Source: a virus (taxonomy: Duplodnaviria > Caudoviricetes). From it: a stretch of DNA of 29,213 nt. Made by a program: the position numbers and the translations under genes. The DNA is taken from positions 1-29,213 of the IMG/VR virus record IMGVR_UViG_3300020045_007193; one strand, written 5' to 3'. Below, piece by piece: positions 1 to 8,776 of this stretch. Each line of letters opens with the position of its first letter. Positions within the stretch are counted from its first letter, which is position 1. The notes under the pieces were generated by a model, which was not told where the DNA came from, made no database searches, and was given only the letters and a program-made list of their open reading frames with translations.

Positions 1-108
1 CACCCTTTCATCTTCCAATATATCCCCAAATGGCAGGTTTACTATATTGATATTTTCAGTCACAGTAGATGGGCTACCGCCCATGTCGTAGGTTGGACTT
101 TGATATAT
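1..108 (-). other. Protein-like reading frame fragment on the opposite strand to the tail gene (IYQSPTYDMGGSPSTVTENINIVNLPFGDILEDERV..., runs off the window)
   Basis: All three + frames are blocked by stops within 1-111, while one - frame is open with natural-looking codons and composition. Confidence 0.55.
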
Positions 109-114
109 TAAAGT
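97..114. repeat. 18-bp near-perfect palindrome ACTTTgATATATtAAAGT at the strand-switch junction
   Basis: Reverse complement is ACTTTaATATATcAAAGT; one mismatched pair. Confidence 0.8.
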
Positions 115-136
115 TGATACTACAGTTATTGCAGAT

Positions 137-937
137 TTGGGGGAATTGCGAAATGTTGAGATAACGAGACTAAGCGAAAACGGCACTACATTAACCTTCG
201 GGCATAAATATGATACATTAGATACTCTTAATGGTGTTTATGATTACAATACTAAGACGTGGTATAAATATGCAGCGGTTCAATCAACTGGTAAGCCGGT
301 AGAATATGTTGGCAAGTTTGTAGTATCAATTTATAACATCGAATCAAAAAGAGCAGAAGAGCAGGGCAAGGATTCGACCGGTAGTAATACAAGTGAAGAT
401 ATTTATAAAATGTCAGTTGTTGGAGTTGCTGTAGATGGGAAATATCCTATCCGGTACGCAGAAGTAACACCTGATTTATATTATGTGTACAACGTTTCTT
501 ATGCTGATACACGGTATAACGTAGAGTTTACGCCTCGCAATATGGCTAACCGGAAAATGGGTACGATCAATAGCAACTGTTATCCATCCACAGCAAATAT
601 TACATTCCTTAAATCAGACCGGTTTGGAGAAGCATATTCAGAATTTAGCGATGATGCAACAAGTTCTTTTTTCCCTATTGTTTATGAGAATAACTGGATA
701 ACTCCTTCATCAAGCCCTTTGCTTTGGTTGCCATTTAGCGTAAAAGCTGAAGCAATAATGCCTTTGGATATTGACGCTCTGATGTCCGCTAATCCTTACG
801 GTGTTTTTACTGCAACCATTAACGGCGTACCGGTTCGAATATTCATTGACGAAATTTCCAACGCTCCGATATCAAGAGCCCAATTTAGTATCGAAGGGCG
901 TTTTTCACCATCAACAGACATTACAAAACTTATTTAA
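137..937 (+). CDS. Putative tail/baseplate protein, probably the C-terminal part of a 5'-truncated gene (frame open from about 104)
   Basis: Only a TTG start; the frame continues upstream as YIKVDTTVIAD to a stop at the palindrome; beta-rich; abuts the next structural gene. Confidence 0.55.
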   Translation: MGELRNVEITRLSENGTTLTFGHKYDTLDTLNGVYDYNTKTWYKYAAVQSTGKPVEYVGKFVVSIYNIESKRAEEQGKDSTGSNTSEDIYKMSVVGVAVDGKYPIRYAEVTPDLYYVYNVSYADTRYNVEFTPRNMANRKMGTINSNCYPSTANITFLKSDRFGEAYSEFSDDATSSFFPIVYENNWITPSSSPLLWLPFSVKAEAIMPLDIDALMSANPYGVFTATINGVPVRIFIDEISNAPISRAQFSIEGRFSPSTDITKLI

Positions 938-2803
938 ATGGCAATAGTTGAAATACCTTTATTAAACTCTGAAAACTTCTATCCTGTAGGGGTTGATTTA
1001 CTGCCCGGCTACCATACAAAGCACTTCTTAACCGATTGGTGGCAGGAAACGCTTTACTACTTTCAGAAGTTCAATAAATTCTATGATAATGATTGCCCAC
1101 AATACTTTGTATTAAAGGAATTTACTGACAGGGTGTGCATTCAAATTGACGTGCCGGAAACATATATAGGCGTTAACCTTGTTTATGTAGATTCTGATGG
1201 AGAAATTCAGGGGTTAACATCTGTTGCCGCAAGCACAATGACGGTAACCGGTGACGAATACAACGGCATCCAAATGACCCGTTACCAATTTGATTTGCTG
1301 ATGTCTGACAATTTCTCTACTGAACAAAAGTTTTTTTGGCTGCTAGATGTATTTGATGAAACTGCGGCAACAAATAAATATATTTCTGAACCTGTATGGG
1401 TAAAAGAAGAACACGAAGATACCATACTGATTGAATACAGGCACAGCAAGAATGATTATGATGTGATTTTTGTTGAAATGAGTGCAAGCTTTAGCCATAG
1501 GTTAAAAGGCAATCTTACTTTTACCAATAACAAACTTGAAAGAACTGTTTTCAGAAGCCAAACAGCGAAACTAAGACAGCTTTATGCAAGAAACTGGAGG
1601 CTTTACAAACTTGAATTAGGATTCCCAACAGATGGAGTAAACGATGTTGATATTGATAAGCTCGCAAACATTCAAAAGTGCGATGAAGTCTATTACGATG
1701 GCAAAAGATTAATCCTTGCAGAAGGCGCAGAAATTGAGGTGTCAGAATTTGGCAGTCGTTATCCTTTGCGAGTAGCGACTATTGACTTGGAAGAGTACGA
1801 CCAGAAGAACAGTTCTGTATTTGAAAGCGGTGGCGAAGTTTATATTATGCCATTGGGTGCAGTTATTGGATTCCCTTACCTGATTACAAGTTTATCTTTG
1901 TCGGGCGTTGGTAGTCCGGGCGACCCATTCCCTGATTTTATGCTTTCTTATATAGCTGAATTATTTTCAGTTGAGATACTTGACAGCGCAGCAGAAACGG
2001 CTATGATAGCGCAATTAAATGCGGATGCTGCGGGGTATGGAATAACCGGAATATACCACGATGTAAGCGACTATCTATATTTCGCCCGTGGAACTGGAGA
2101 AACTTATGTTTTAAATAGCATTTCGCAGTTAATAAAACCATTGCGTATTGATTATGCCACAACTCCGACTGATACAACACAGACAATAACCGTTAATCAG
2201 TTAGGCTTAACCGTTATGTCTACAAGACGTTTGAGCGATGATTTGGAAGTGATACCACGTTATCAATATACCGGAGACTTTTCAGAGATTCTTGATATAC
2301 CTGCCCCTGCTTATGATGATTATTATATGTACATCTATTGCGACAATCAACAATCAACCATTAGTATTTCAAACATTGGCAAAACAATTACTGCTGTTGC
2401 CGGTCAGGTTTCAGCAGGAATACAGCAAGTTAGCATTACAGGCGGAGACATAAGCTCTTTCGATGCAGCATTTTTAAGGAGCGCAGCAAGTACATTGAAA
2501 GGATACGATATGATTGATATGGGAATTAGTACCATTGATGCAGCAACCTTTACAATAATTAATACTAGCGACTGGAAACAGCTTAACAGATGGAGTTTTG
2601 AACTAAACGACTTTAATGTGGCAACCTGTGATTCTGTCTATAATGATTTCTATTCAAATATAGCATCATTCTATTTAGGGGCATTTGGTGACGGAGCAGG
2701 TACAATAAGTGTTATTAATCAAACTACCGCAGACAATCCGGGGGCAGGTTCGCTAACTAGCAGAATTGATTTACTAGCATTAGGGTATTACCCTGAATTT
2801 TAA
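938..2803 (+). CDS. Putative tail protein, 621 aa, with a short LRR-like C-terminal region
   Basis: Long acidic ORF in the late operon upstream of lysis; periodic hydrophobic/Asn pattern near the C-terminus. Confidence 0.55.
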   Translation: MAIVEIPLLNSENFYPVGVDLLPGYHTKHFLTDWWQETLYYFQKFNKFYDNDCPQYFVLKEFTDRVCIQIDVPETYIGVNLVYVDSDGEIQGLTSVAASTMTVTGDEYNGIQMTRYQFDLLMSDNFSTEQKFFWLLDVFDETAATNKYISEPVWVKEEHEDTILIEYRHSKNDYDVIFVEMSASFSHRLKGNLTFTNNKLERTVFRSQTAKLRQLYARNWRLYKLELGFPTDGVNDVDIDKLANIQKCDEVYYDGKRLILAEGAEIEVSEFGSRYPLRVATIDLEEYDQKNSSVFESGGEVYIMPLGAVIGFPYLITSLSLSGVGSPGDPFPDFMLSYIAELFSVEILDSAAETAMIAQLNADAAGYGITGIYHDVSDYLYFARGTGETYVLNSISQLIKPLRIDYATTPTDTTQTITVNQLGLTVMSTRRLSDDLEVIPRYQYTGDFSEILDIPAPAYDDYYMYIYCDNQQSTISISNIGKTITAVAGQVSAGIQQVSITGGDISSFDAAFLRSAASTLKGYDMIDMGISTIDAATFTIINTSDWKQLNRWSFELNDFNVATCDSVYNDFYSNIASFYLGAFGDGAGTISVINQTTADNPGAGSLTSRIDLLALGYYPEF

Positions 2804-2812
2804 AAACAAACT

Positions 2813-3412
2813 ATGAGCGAAGTAACATATATTGATGGAGGGTGCGGCTGTTTGCGGCTTAATATCCCTGATTTGTTTGTTTTAGATTCAAATAAAACAC
2901 CTTTTGAGTTTATCCGGTCATCCGGTATTATCCTGAATGGGGTTTTTGTTGCCTTTTCTGTTGTGAATTTCGCAACAAAAGCAGAGATAGTATCATATTT
3001 TAATACTACATTTGTGGTAGAAAACAGCTATAACAGCAGGGCTTATCTCGAAGGCTCTAAAATTATGCTCATTAATGTTGATAATTTCACAACAGCAGAA
3101 CTTATGATAGAGTACGGAATCAAGGCACTAAACATCAAAATAGGCACTCCCGACCCGCTTATAAATGCGGATTATGATTTAGAATTTTCAAACCCTGTTT
3201 TTGCTGATGGGTTCTGTTCTATTTCTGCGCCGGAGTTTCTTAATCTTAAAGAAATTGAACTAAGGATTTCAAACATTACAAGTGAACCGGTTGCAGGGCA
3301 GCATAAATATTATGCAGTTGATCCTGACAATGACGAAAACGGTCGATTTGACTTCTATTTCCCTATCGAAAATTCAAACGCTTACGCTTCATTCTCCCAA
3401 ATATCAGAATAA
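2813..3412 (+). CDS. Hypothetical late/structural protein, 199 aa
   Basis: A-rich leader; stop overlaps the next start (TAATG). Confidence 0.7.
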   Translation: MSEVTYIDGGCGCLRLNIPDLFVLDSNKTPFEFIRSSGIILNGVFVAFSVVNFATKAEIVSYFNTTFVVENSYNSRAYLEGSKIMLINVDNFTTAELMIEYGIKALNIKIGTPDPLINADYDLEFSNPVFADGFCSISAPEFLNLKEIELRISNITSEPVAGQHKYYAVDPDNDENGRFDFYFPIENSNAYASFSQISE

Positions 3413-5343
3413 TGAAAAGAATATTATCAGTACTCTTTATACTTGTTTCTTTTGCTGCAAAGTCTCAAAATCCCGTGCCGGTTGGGGCTAAAAATTCCCG
3501 TGTGTATGTTCAAGGCTTAGCATCAATGGATTCGATGTTTAATCTGCGTCTATACGATACGGCAACAACCAAAGCAGCATATCCGGCTACAGCTGCAAGC
3601 CCTGACAATATGAAGTTTCGTTTTGCCCGTCAAAATGGTAGGCTTTACTGGAATCCAACAGGCTTAAAATTTGTCTATTTGGATAGCGTACAGGCATCAT
3701 CAGTAATTGATACCATTAGCTTATCAAACAGAATAGATGCAAAGGTTGGCTATCTAGATACTGCCGCTATGTTATTGAACTATGCCAAAAAGCAAACTTT
3801 AATAGACACGGCAAACGCAATACAGAACAGATTGAATGCTAAAGTAGGCTATGCAGATACCGCAGGAATGCTAGCTAACTATCAAAGGTCAGCAACAGCG
3901 GTAAAATATGCGGATACGGCAGCTATTGTCGCAGGGTATTTGCGTAAAGGCGATACTGCTTCAATGTTGGCTAATTACCTGCGTAAGGTAGATACTACAG
4001 GTAAATTCCTTACAAGTGTAGTAAAGCGAAATGATAGCTTCTTTTATGTAAAGAATGGCTCTTATGTTTGGTTTGGTGGGGACAATGGGGCTGCAGGCGT
4101 AACCTATTTATGGAGCGCAAAATTAAAAGACCATTTCGAAGCAGGAAAGATTACAGGCGTAAGCGATGGTGCAGCTTTAAATACTTGGACAAATACAGGT
4201 TCAGGAACTTTAAGCAATCTAACTTATGACGTTACAGCCCCTACTTATGTAGCCAATTACAGGGGGATGCCTGCCGTAAAGTTTACACGGGCTTCAAGTA
4301 CTTCAATGACATTTACCAATCAGACATTCAAGCAATGTGTGGTAGTTTGTAATAATGTGGATGGTGCGACCTTCGCAGATTATGAGGGATTAATGGGTAA
4401 TTCCTTATCAGGTGCGGATTGGCTTTGGTATGCAGATGCAGCGGGCGCAGCTACAGGAATGACGCAAGCGGGTGGTGATAGGTTAATTACACAAGCATTT
4501 GAAACTTCTACTAATACTTTTGCGCCACTATCTCAAACAAAAATTACAACGTTTGTATCATCTGCGGGCATTAGTTCACGAACTACAAGAGTGGGGGCTT
4601 TTTGGAATTTAGCGGGTCGGTACTGGAACGGCTATATACAGGAAATATTGTTTTTTGATGCAGTACTTACACAAGAAGAATACATTGCTTTGCATCAATA
4701 CCTAACTGCGAAATATGCAGTATTTAAGCCTGTGCAGGTGTTTGTGGATGGGAATAGTTTGTTTTCGGGTGGTTACACTGGAGTTTCTGCGTCACAGTCA
4801 GCAGGTGCGCAAATAGAGAAAAAAGCAGATACCGTAACAGGTTCTAAAGTCTATTTCTATAATGCTTCGCAAGGCGGCTCTGTGCCTGACCAAAACACAT
4901 TCAATGCGCAGCAAATCACAGGAATGAATTATAGGCAAAATTATCAGCCCTTATTCGCAAGGCAAATAGATATCTGCTATTCTTACACAAATCTTGGAAC
5001 AGGAGTTGGCGCAGCAGCAGCCTATATTACTGATTTGAATGAATACATTGATGTAGTAACTACTGCTAATCCAAATTTAGAGGTATGGGTTCCGACCCCG
5101 CTTTCCTGCGATACTTCGCTTTATGAAGAATCAGAGAGACAGCTAGTCTTAACCTATTTGCGCAATAGGAAAAACACCAAAAACTTTAAGGTCGCAGATA
5201 TAACCAATCCGACATTCGATGCAACGGGAGCTTATCTGAATAGTGCTGTGTTTGTAGACGGCATACACATTGCTAATGCTTATGTCCCTGTTTGGGCAGA
5301 TGAAATAATCAAACAAGTATTCCACTACTATGGTCAAGACTAA
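3412..5343 (+). CDS. Signal peptide + helical repeat stalk + LamG/ConA-like lectin domain + SGNH/GDSL hydrolase; fibre/spike-like protein
   Basis: MKRILSVLFILVSFAAKS|Q; repeats of KVGYxDTAxMLxNY; YWNGYIQEILFFDAVLT...YLTAKY lectin-like motif; VDGNSL and DGIH esterase motifs. Confidence 0.7.
   Translation: MKRILSVLFILVSFAAKSQNPVPVGAKNSRVYVQGLASMDSMFNLRLYDTATTKAAYPATAASPDNMKFRFARQNGRLYWNPTGLKFVYLDSVQASSVIDTISLSNRIDAKVGYLDTAAMLLNYAKKQTLIDTANAIQNRLNAKVGYADTAGMLANYQRSATAVKYADTAAIVAGYLRKGDTASMLANYLRKVDTTGKFLTSVVKRNDSFFYVKNGSYVWFGGDNGAAGVTYLWSAKLKDHFEAGKITGVSDGAALNTWTNTGSGTLSNLTYDVTAPTYVANYRGMPAVKFTRASSTSMTFTNQTFKQCVVVCNNVDGATFADYEGLMGNSLSGADWLWYADAAGAATGMTQAGGDRLITQAFETSTNTFAPLSQTKITTFVSSAGISSRTTRVGAFWNLAGRYWNGYIQEILFFDAVLTQEEYIALHQYLTAKYAVFKPVQVFVDGNSLFSGGYTGVSASQSAGAQIEKKADTVTGSKVYFYNASQGGSVPDQNTFNAQQITGMNYRQNYQPLFARQIDICYSYTNLGTGVGAAAAYITDLNEYIDVVTTANPNLEVWVPTPLSCDTSLYEESERQLVLTYLRNRKNTKNFKVADITNPTFDATGAYLNSAVFVDGIHIANAYVPVWADEIIKQVFHYYGQD
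3727..4000 (+). repeat. Intragenic peptide repeats, 4-5 degenerate copies of (Y/K)xDTAxMLxNY
   Basis: AKVGYLDTAAMLLNY, AKVGYADTAGMLANY, VKYADTAAIVAGY, RKGDTASMLANY; coordinates approximate. Confidence 0.8.
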
Positions 5344-5377
5344 CCACAAACATCAATTAAACTTAAAGCAAAACAAG

Positions 5378-5644
5378 ATGTACATACAATCCTTTCCTAT
5401 TCCTACTAATGCTATTTTAATAAATGAAATAGGCAATCAGTATTATCAAAATAGCCCTGTTTCAGAGTTGGCGGGGTATAGTTTATTTCAGGACGAAGAC
5501 GGTAATTGGTGGTTGGATAATGATACCACATTTCAGCAAGAGCCTGCACCTGTAGAGTTGAAATATATCATCGTTGGTACTACTGTTATTGATATTTCAG
5601 TTAGCATTTCTTTCATTGGTACAAGACCACATCGTCCACGCTAA
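5378..5644 (+). CDS. Hypothetical protein, acidic body with Pro/Arg-rich tail IGTRPHRPR
   Basis: ORF 5330..5644; ATG at 5378 follows an A-rich leader and avoids overlap; stop coupled to the next ATG. Confidence 0.65.
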   Translation: MYIQSFPIPTNAILINEIGNQYYQNSPVSELAGYSLFQDEDGNWWLDNDTTFQQEPAPVELKYIIVGTTVIDISVSISFIGTRPHRPR

Positions 5645-6006
5645 TGACTGCGGCTGTTAGATATGCTATAAGGTTCATTTTGGCGGGCTTTACCGTGTTT
5701 ACTATCGGTATGGCTGCAAGTACTTTTATAGATAGTCAGATAGGCAAAGGGAGTGAATTAAGCTATCAGGTTTTCGGTATGGGCTTAGCGTTATGCTTAT
5801 TGTCTATTGCTTATGCAGGATATAGCGTAACAAACCACCAAACAACTTTAGGGCGGTGGTGTATATTTTACTTCATATTGGCGTTTTCAAACTTAGGAGA
5901 TGAAATACTGAAAACGGCATCAGAATTACAGTGGAGTGAGTTTTGGTTGGCGGGTGGTCTCTTTGTTTATATAGGCGTTATCGCTAAACAAAAATATTAT
6001 AAATGA
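5644..6006 (+). CDS. Membrane protein, about 4 TM helices
   Basis: Four hydrophobic stretches; translationally coupled on both sides. Confidence 0.7.
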   Translation: MTAAVRYAIRFILAGFTVFTIGMAASTFIDSQIGKGSELSYQVFGMGLALCLLSIAYAGYSVTNHQTTLGRWCIFYFILAFSNLGDEILKTASELQWSEFWLAGGLFVYIGVIAKQKYYK

Positions 6007-6425
6007 CATTACTAGACATTGCACAAATAAACGAAATTATGAATGCTGGGCGCACATTGTTGGGCGTATTTTTCGCCATTGGGGCATCTATTTGGACGCT
6101 TAACAAGCTATACCTGCAAGGTAAGTATCAAACTAAAACAGAGAGCGCACAGGCATTTGAAAAGCTACAGCTAGAGATACATACTCATAGTGTCAAAACA
6201 AGCCACGAAATCCATTTACAAAATGAAAAGCTGAATCGTATGGAAAAGGACAGCGAAGTATTCAAAGCGAAATACACGGGAGATATGGACTTGCTAAAAG
6301 AGCAGATGAAAAATCAATCAAATGTATTAGCTGACATATCCCATAAGGTGAACAATTTGGCAAGCCTTAAAATCCCTTCAATTATTGAAATGATGATTGA
6401 AGAAAAGTTCGAAAAACTAAAATAA
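6003..6425 (+). CDS. N-terminal TM + coiled-coil protein (lysis-region, holin/antiholin-like)
   Basis: LLGVFFAIGASIWTL TM, then a heptad-rich charged region; upstream of the holin. Confidence 0.55.
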   Translation: MTLLDIAQINEIMNAGRTLLGVFFAIGASIWTLNKLYLQGKYQTKTESAQAFEKLQLEIHTHSVKTSHEIHLQNEKLNRMEKDSEVFKAKYTGDMDLLKEQMKNQSNVLADISHKVNNLASLKIPSIIEMMIEEKFEKLK

Positions 6426-6438
6426 AACATACCTATTT

Positions 6439-6666
6439 ATGAAAAAATCAGCCATTGGCACATTGAATTGGAGTGACGCAGTTAAAGGACTTGCTTTGGC
6501 TGTTTCTTCTGCCGTTCTTACAGCATTAACTCAAATGCTTACACTTGTACCCCCTGCTATTAATTGGCGTGAAATAGGGCTTGTTTCTGTAATTACAACT
6601 TTGTCTTATTTGGGCAAACAGGTAAGCACAAACAGCGATGGTAAGCTTCTAAAAAAAGAAGACTAA
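6439..6666 (+). CDS. Putative holin (2 TM)
   Basis: 75 aa, two TM segments, charged C-terminus, upstream of the lysozyme. Confidence 0.65.
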   Translation: MKKSAIGTLNWSDAVKGLALAVSSAVLTALTQMLTLVPPAINWREIGLVSVITTLSYLGKQVSTNSDGKLLKKED

Positions 6667-6764
6667 TGAAATACTTAGCCACAAACGATAAAGCAGGGAT
6701 GATACTTGTAATAAGTGTTACGCTTATTGTTTTGGGTATGGCGGTATATTTTAAACTACTTTAA
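6666..6764 (+). CDS. 32-aa single-TM peptide MKYLATNDKAGMILVISVTLIVLGMAVYFKLL (not in ORF track)
   Basis: ATG overlaps the holin stop (TAATG) and fills the gap to the next gene. Confidence 0.6.
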   Translation: MKYLATNDKAGMILVISVTLIVLGMAVYFKLL

Positions 6765-6774
6765 AAATAAGATT

Positions 6775-7098
6775 ATGACACCAGACGACATTATAAATGA
6801 GCCGCAGATTACAAAGTATCGTGCGGATATTGAGGCGTTAAGCCTGAATTACGAAACAGTAGTAAGCGAGGCTTTAGATGCCGCAAATAAGACTATCCCA
6901 ATCCCTACATATCCCGAAGGCAAAAGAGCAAATCAGGTTTTTGCAGAGCCGATGGATAAAAGTGCTATAATCTCTTTTGTAGTTAATTTCATTTTGGGAG
7001 TCCTGAAAGAGAATATCAAACCAAAGCGTAAAGGGTGGCAAATTGTTTGGGATGCTGTTTTTTCAATCGTTCCGCAGTTCCTTAAAAAGAAGAAATAA
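6775..7098 (+). CDS. Lysis-cassette protein with cationic amphipathic C-terminus
   Basis: ORF 6715..7098, likely start MTPDD at 6775; stop coupled to the lysozyme ATG. Confidence 0.65.
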   Translation: MTPDDIINEPQITKYRADIEALSLNYETVVSEALDAANKTIPIPTYPEGKRANQVFAEPMDKSAIISFVVNFILGVLKENIKPKRKGWQIVWDAVFSIVPQFLKKKK

Positions 7099-7583
7099 TG
7101 AACATTTCAGAACAAGGCAAGAGCCTGATTAAAGGATTTGAAAAGTGTAGATTGAAGGCTTACAAAGTAACGCCTGATGGACGGTGGACAATTGGTTGGG
7201 GTTCGGAGACATACGCAGACGGACGAAGCGTAAAAGAAGGGGACGTTATCACCCAAAAAGAAGCGGATATCCTATTTGATATGACAATAGGACGCTATGA
7301 AAGCATAGTAAGAGATAATGTAAAGCGAAACGTAAAACAGAATGAATTTGATGCGCTAACGTCTTTTGCTTACAACTGCGGTGCGGGGTACAAAGTAAAT
7401 AATACTTGGACGAAATACAACATTTGGAATAAAGCAACCCGAAACGTCCCTGCTGATGAAATGATACCTTATTGGCAATCTCTTTGCATTACATCAAATA
7501 AAAAGCCAATGCCAGGATTAGTGAGGCGCAGAAAATCAGAAGTTCATCTGTATGTTTTTGGCGAACTTGATTTCTTTGAATAA
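7098..7583 (+). CDS. Endolysin, GH24 phage lysozyme
   Basis: LIKGFEKCRLKAY...WTIGWG, QNEFDALTSFAYNCG, GLVRRRKSE motifs. Confidence 0.9.
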   Translation: MNISEQGKSLIKGFEKCRLKAYKVTPDGRWTIGWGSETYADGRSVKEGDVITQKEADILFDMTIGRYESIVRDNVKRNVKQNEFDALTSFAYNCGAGYKVNNTWTKYNIWNKATRNVPADEMIPYWQSLCITSNKKPMPGLVRRRKSEVHLYVFGELDFFE

Positions 7584-7597
7584 TTCCCTTACATTTG
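7567..7597 (+). promoter_or_regulatory. Bacteroidota-type promoter TTG-N20-TACATTTG
   Basis: Matches the -33 (T)TTG / -7 TAnnTTTG consensus with canonical spacing. Confidence 0.55.
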
Positions 7598-7601
7598 TAT
7601 C

Positions 7602-7736
7602 TGCTTCGTGGCCGCGGACGTATTGGATTGCGTTATTAGACAAAGTCCCCTGATTATTCTTTAGCTTTAATTGTGGGCAAACTATTTAGCAGAAATGCTA
7701 TCTTTTTGAAAGCCGTGGCGATGTGTCACGGCTTTT
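7602..7736 (+). ncRNA. Candidate structured small RNA, about 130 nt
   Basis: Lies between a promoter and a terminator; no ATG-initiated ORF of note; hairpins include TAGCA-GAAA-TGCTA (7687-7700). Confidence 0.4.
7709..7736. terminator. Bidirectional intrinsic terminator between convergent operons
   Basis: AAAGCCGTGGC-gatgt-GTCACGGCTTTT stem-loop. Confidence 0.8.
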
Positions 7737-7998
7737 GATTTTCAAAATACAGTATATACATCTTACGAACAAACCGCCTTTCTTCTTTAAGACTATCAAT
7801 TTGGGCTTTTAGCCTGTATATCCTCTTAAATCCAAGTTCAACTTCTCTATCTAAAGAATCCATATCAATATTGGCAGGAACTGGCTTTTGGTATATCTCT
7901 AATTCATTCCCATCAACAAAAATAGCTGTTGGCTTTACCTTGCCCTGCGAAAATCCCGAAAGCGGAAACAATAAAAATAAACCTATCAAGTACTTCAT
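7726..7998 (-). CDS. Small exported protein with signal peptide
   Basis: MKYLIGLFLLFPLSGFS|Q; coiled-coil C-terminus. Confidence 0.65.
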   Translation of the reverse strand: MKYLIGLFLLFPLSGFSQGKVKPTAIFVDGNELEIYQKPVPANIDMDSLDREVELGFKRIYRLKAQIDSLKEERRFVRKMYILYFENQKP

Positions 7999-8029
7999 AT
8001 TTCTTTAGCTGTTAGTGGCAAACTGTTTG

Positions 8030-8320
8030 TTAAGGTTGAAATACAGATTTTACAAGTTCATTTACACGCTCCATAAGTTTATCATAATCATAATGGTAAA
8101 TGTCATAGAAGCCGACAGAATTTCTAGGGTAAATGGTGAAGTTTAAAATAGTATTATTCTCAATCATCTTTGCAAGGACTTCTTCGCCAATATCTTCTCT
8201 GTCTTCTTCGTTGCAAGCAAAAATAATATCAAAGTACTCTGTTACTGTTTGGAAGTTATCCCTATGAGCATTAACCGTAAGCTGAAAATAAAAAGGATTT
8301 AGCGCAATTAGTTCTTTCAT
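8030..8320 (-). CDS. Hypothetical acidic protein
   Basis: 96-aa ORF with A-rich leader. Confidence 0.7.
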   Translation of the reverse strand: MKELIALNPFYFQLTVNAHRDNFQTVTEYFDIIFACNEEDREDIGEEVLAKMIENNTILNFTIYPRNSVGFYDIYHYDYDKLMERVNELVKSVFQP

Positions 8321-8374
8321 AATATTTTTTGTTTTATCTCCTATTCCTGCTTAGTAAGGGAGAGGGGGGAAGAA

Positions 8375-8695
8375 TTAATCGATTTTAAAAACTTCAATAG
8401 TATCGTAAGGATGTAATGAGTAATCGGTAGTATCAAACTTTCTGCTGAACTCTAAAAATTCATTTGGGTAGCAAAAATAAAGAGCGTGACCACCTTTTAC
8501 AAGGTTAATTACTGCAACTGAATCACAGCCCGTATTCATTCGGTAGCCTTCAGGCATAGGAAACATTTTTGATTTCTCGTTAATAACAATCATATCATCT
8601 AAATGCCCTCTGAAATCTTTATATTTAGAGTATCGAATAGCAAAGAATGTGGCAACAATAGCCCACACTAGGACAACAATTTTTAAGTATTTCAT
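8375..8695 (-). CDS. N-terminally membrane-anchored hypothetical protein
   Basis: IVVLVWAIVATFFAI TM segment. Confidence 0.7.
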   Translation of the reverse strand: MKYLKIVVLVWAIVATFFAIRYSKYKDFRGHLDDMIVINEKSKMFPMPEGYRMNTGCDSVAVINLVKGGHALYFCYPNEFLEFSRKFDTTDYSLHPYDTIEVFKID

Positions 8696-8698
8696 AAG

Positions 8699-8776
8699 TT
8701 ATTTATTTAAGTTTTGAAACCAATTTACTGCTTCGTATAGAGCTTCGAAGGCTTCTGATATTGTGCCGTGAGTGAG
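8699..8776 (-). pseudogene. 3' remnant of a displaced gene (LTHGTISEAFEALYEAVNWFQNLNK*)
   Basis: Protein-like 25-codon tail without a start, directly after the HNH stop and ending 3 nt before the next ATG. Confidence 0.5.

Noticed and set aside
7649-7700. Hammerhead ribozyme (CTGAT...GAAA)
   Set aside because: Core reads CUGAUUA rather than CUGANGA, and the GAAA is a closed tetraloop
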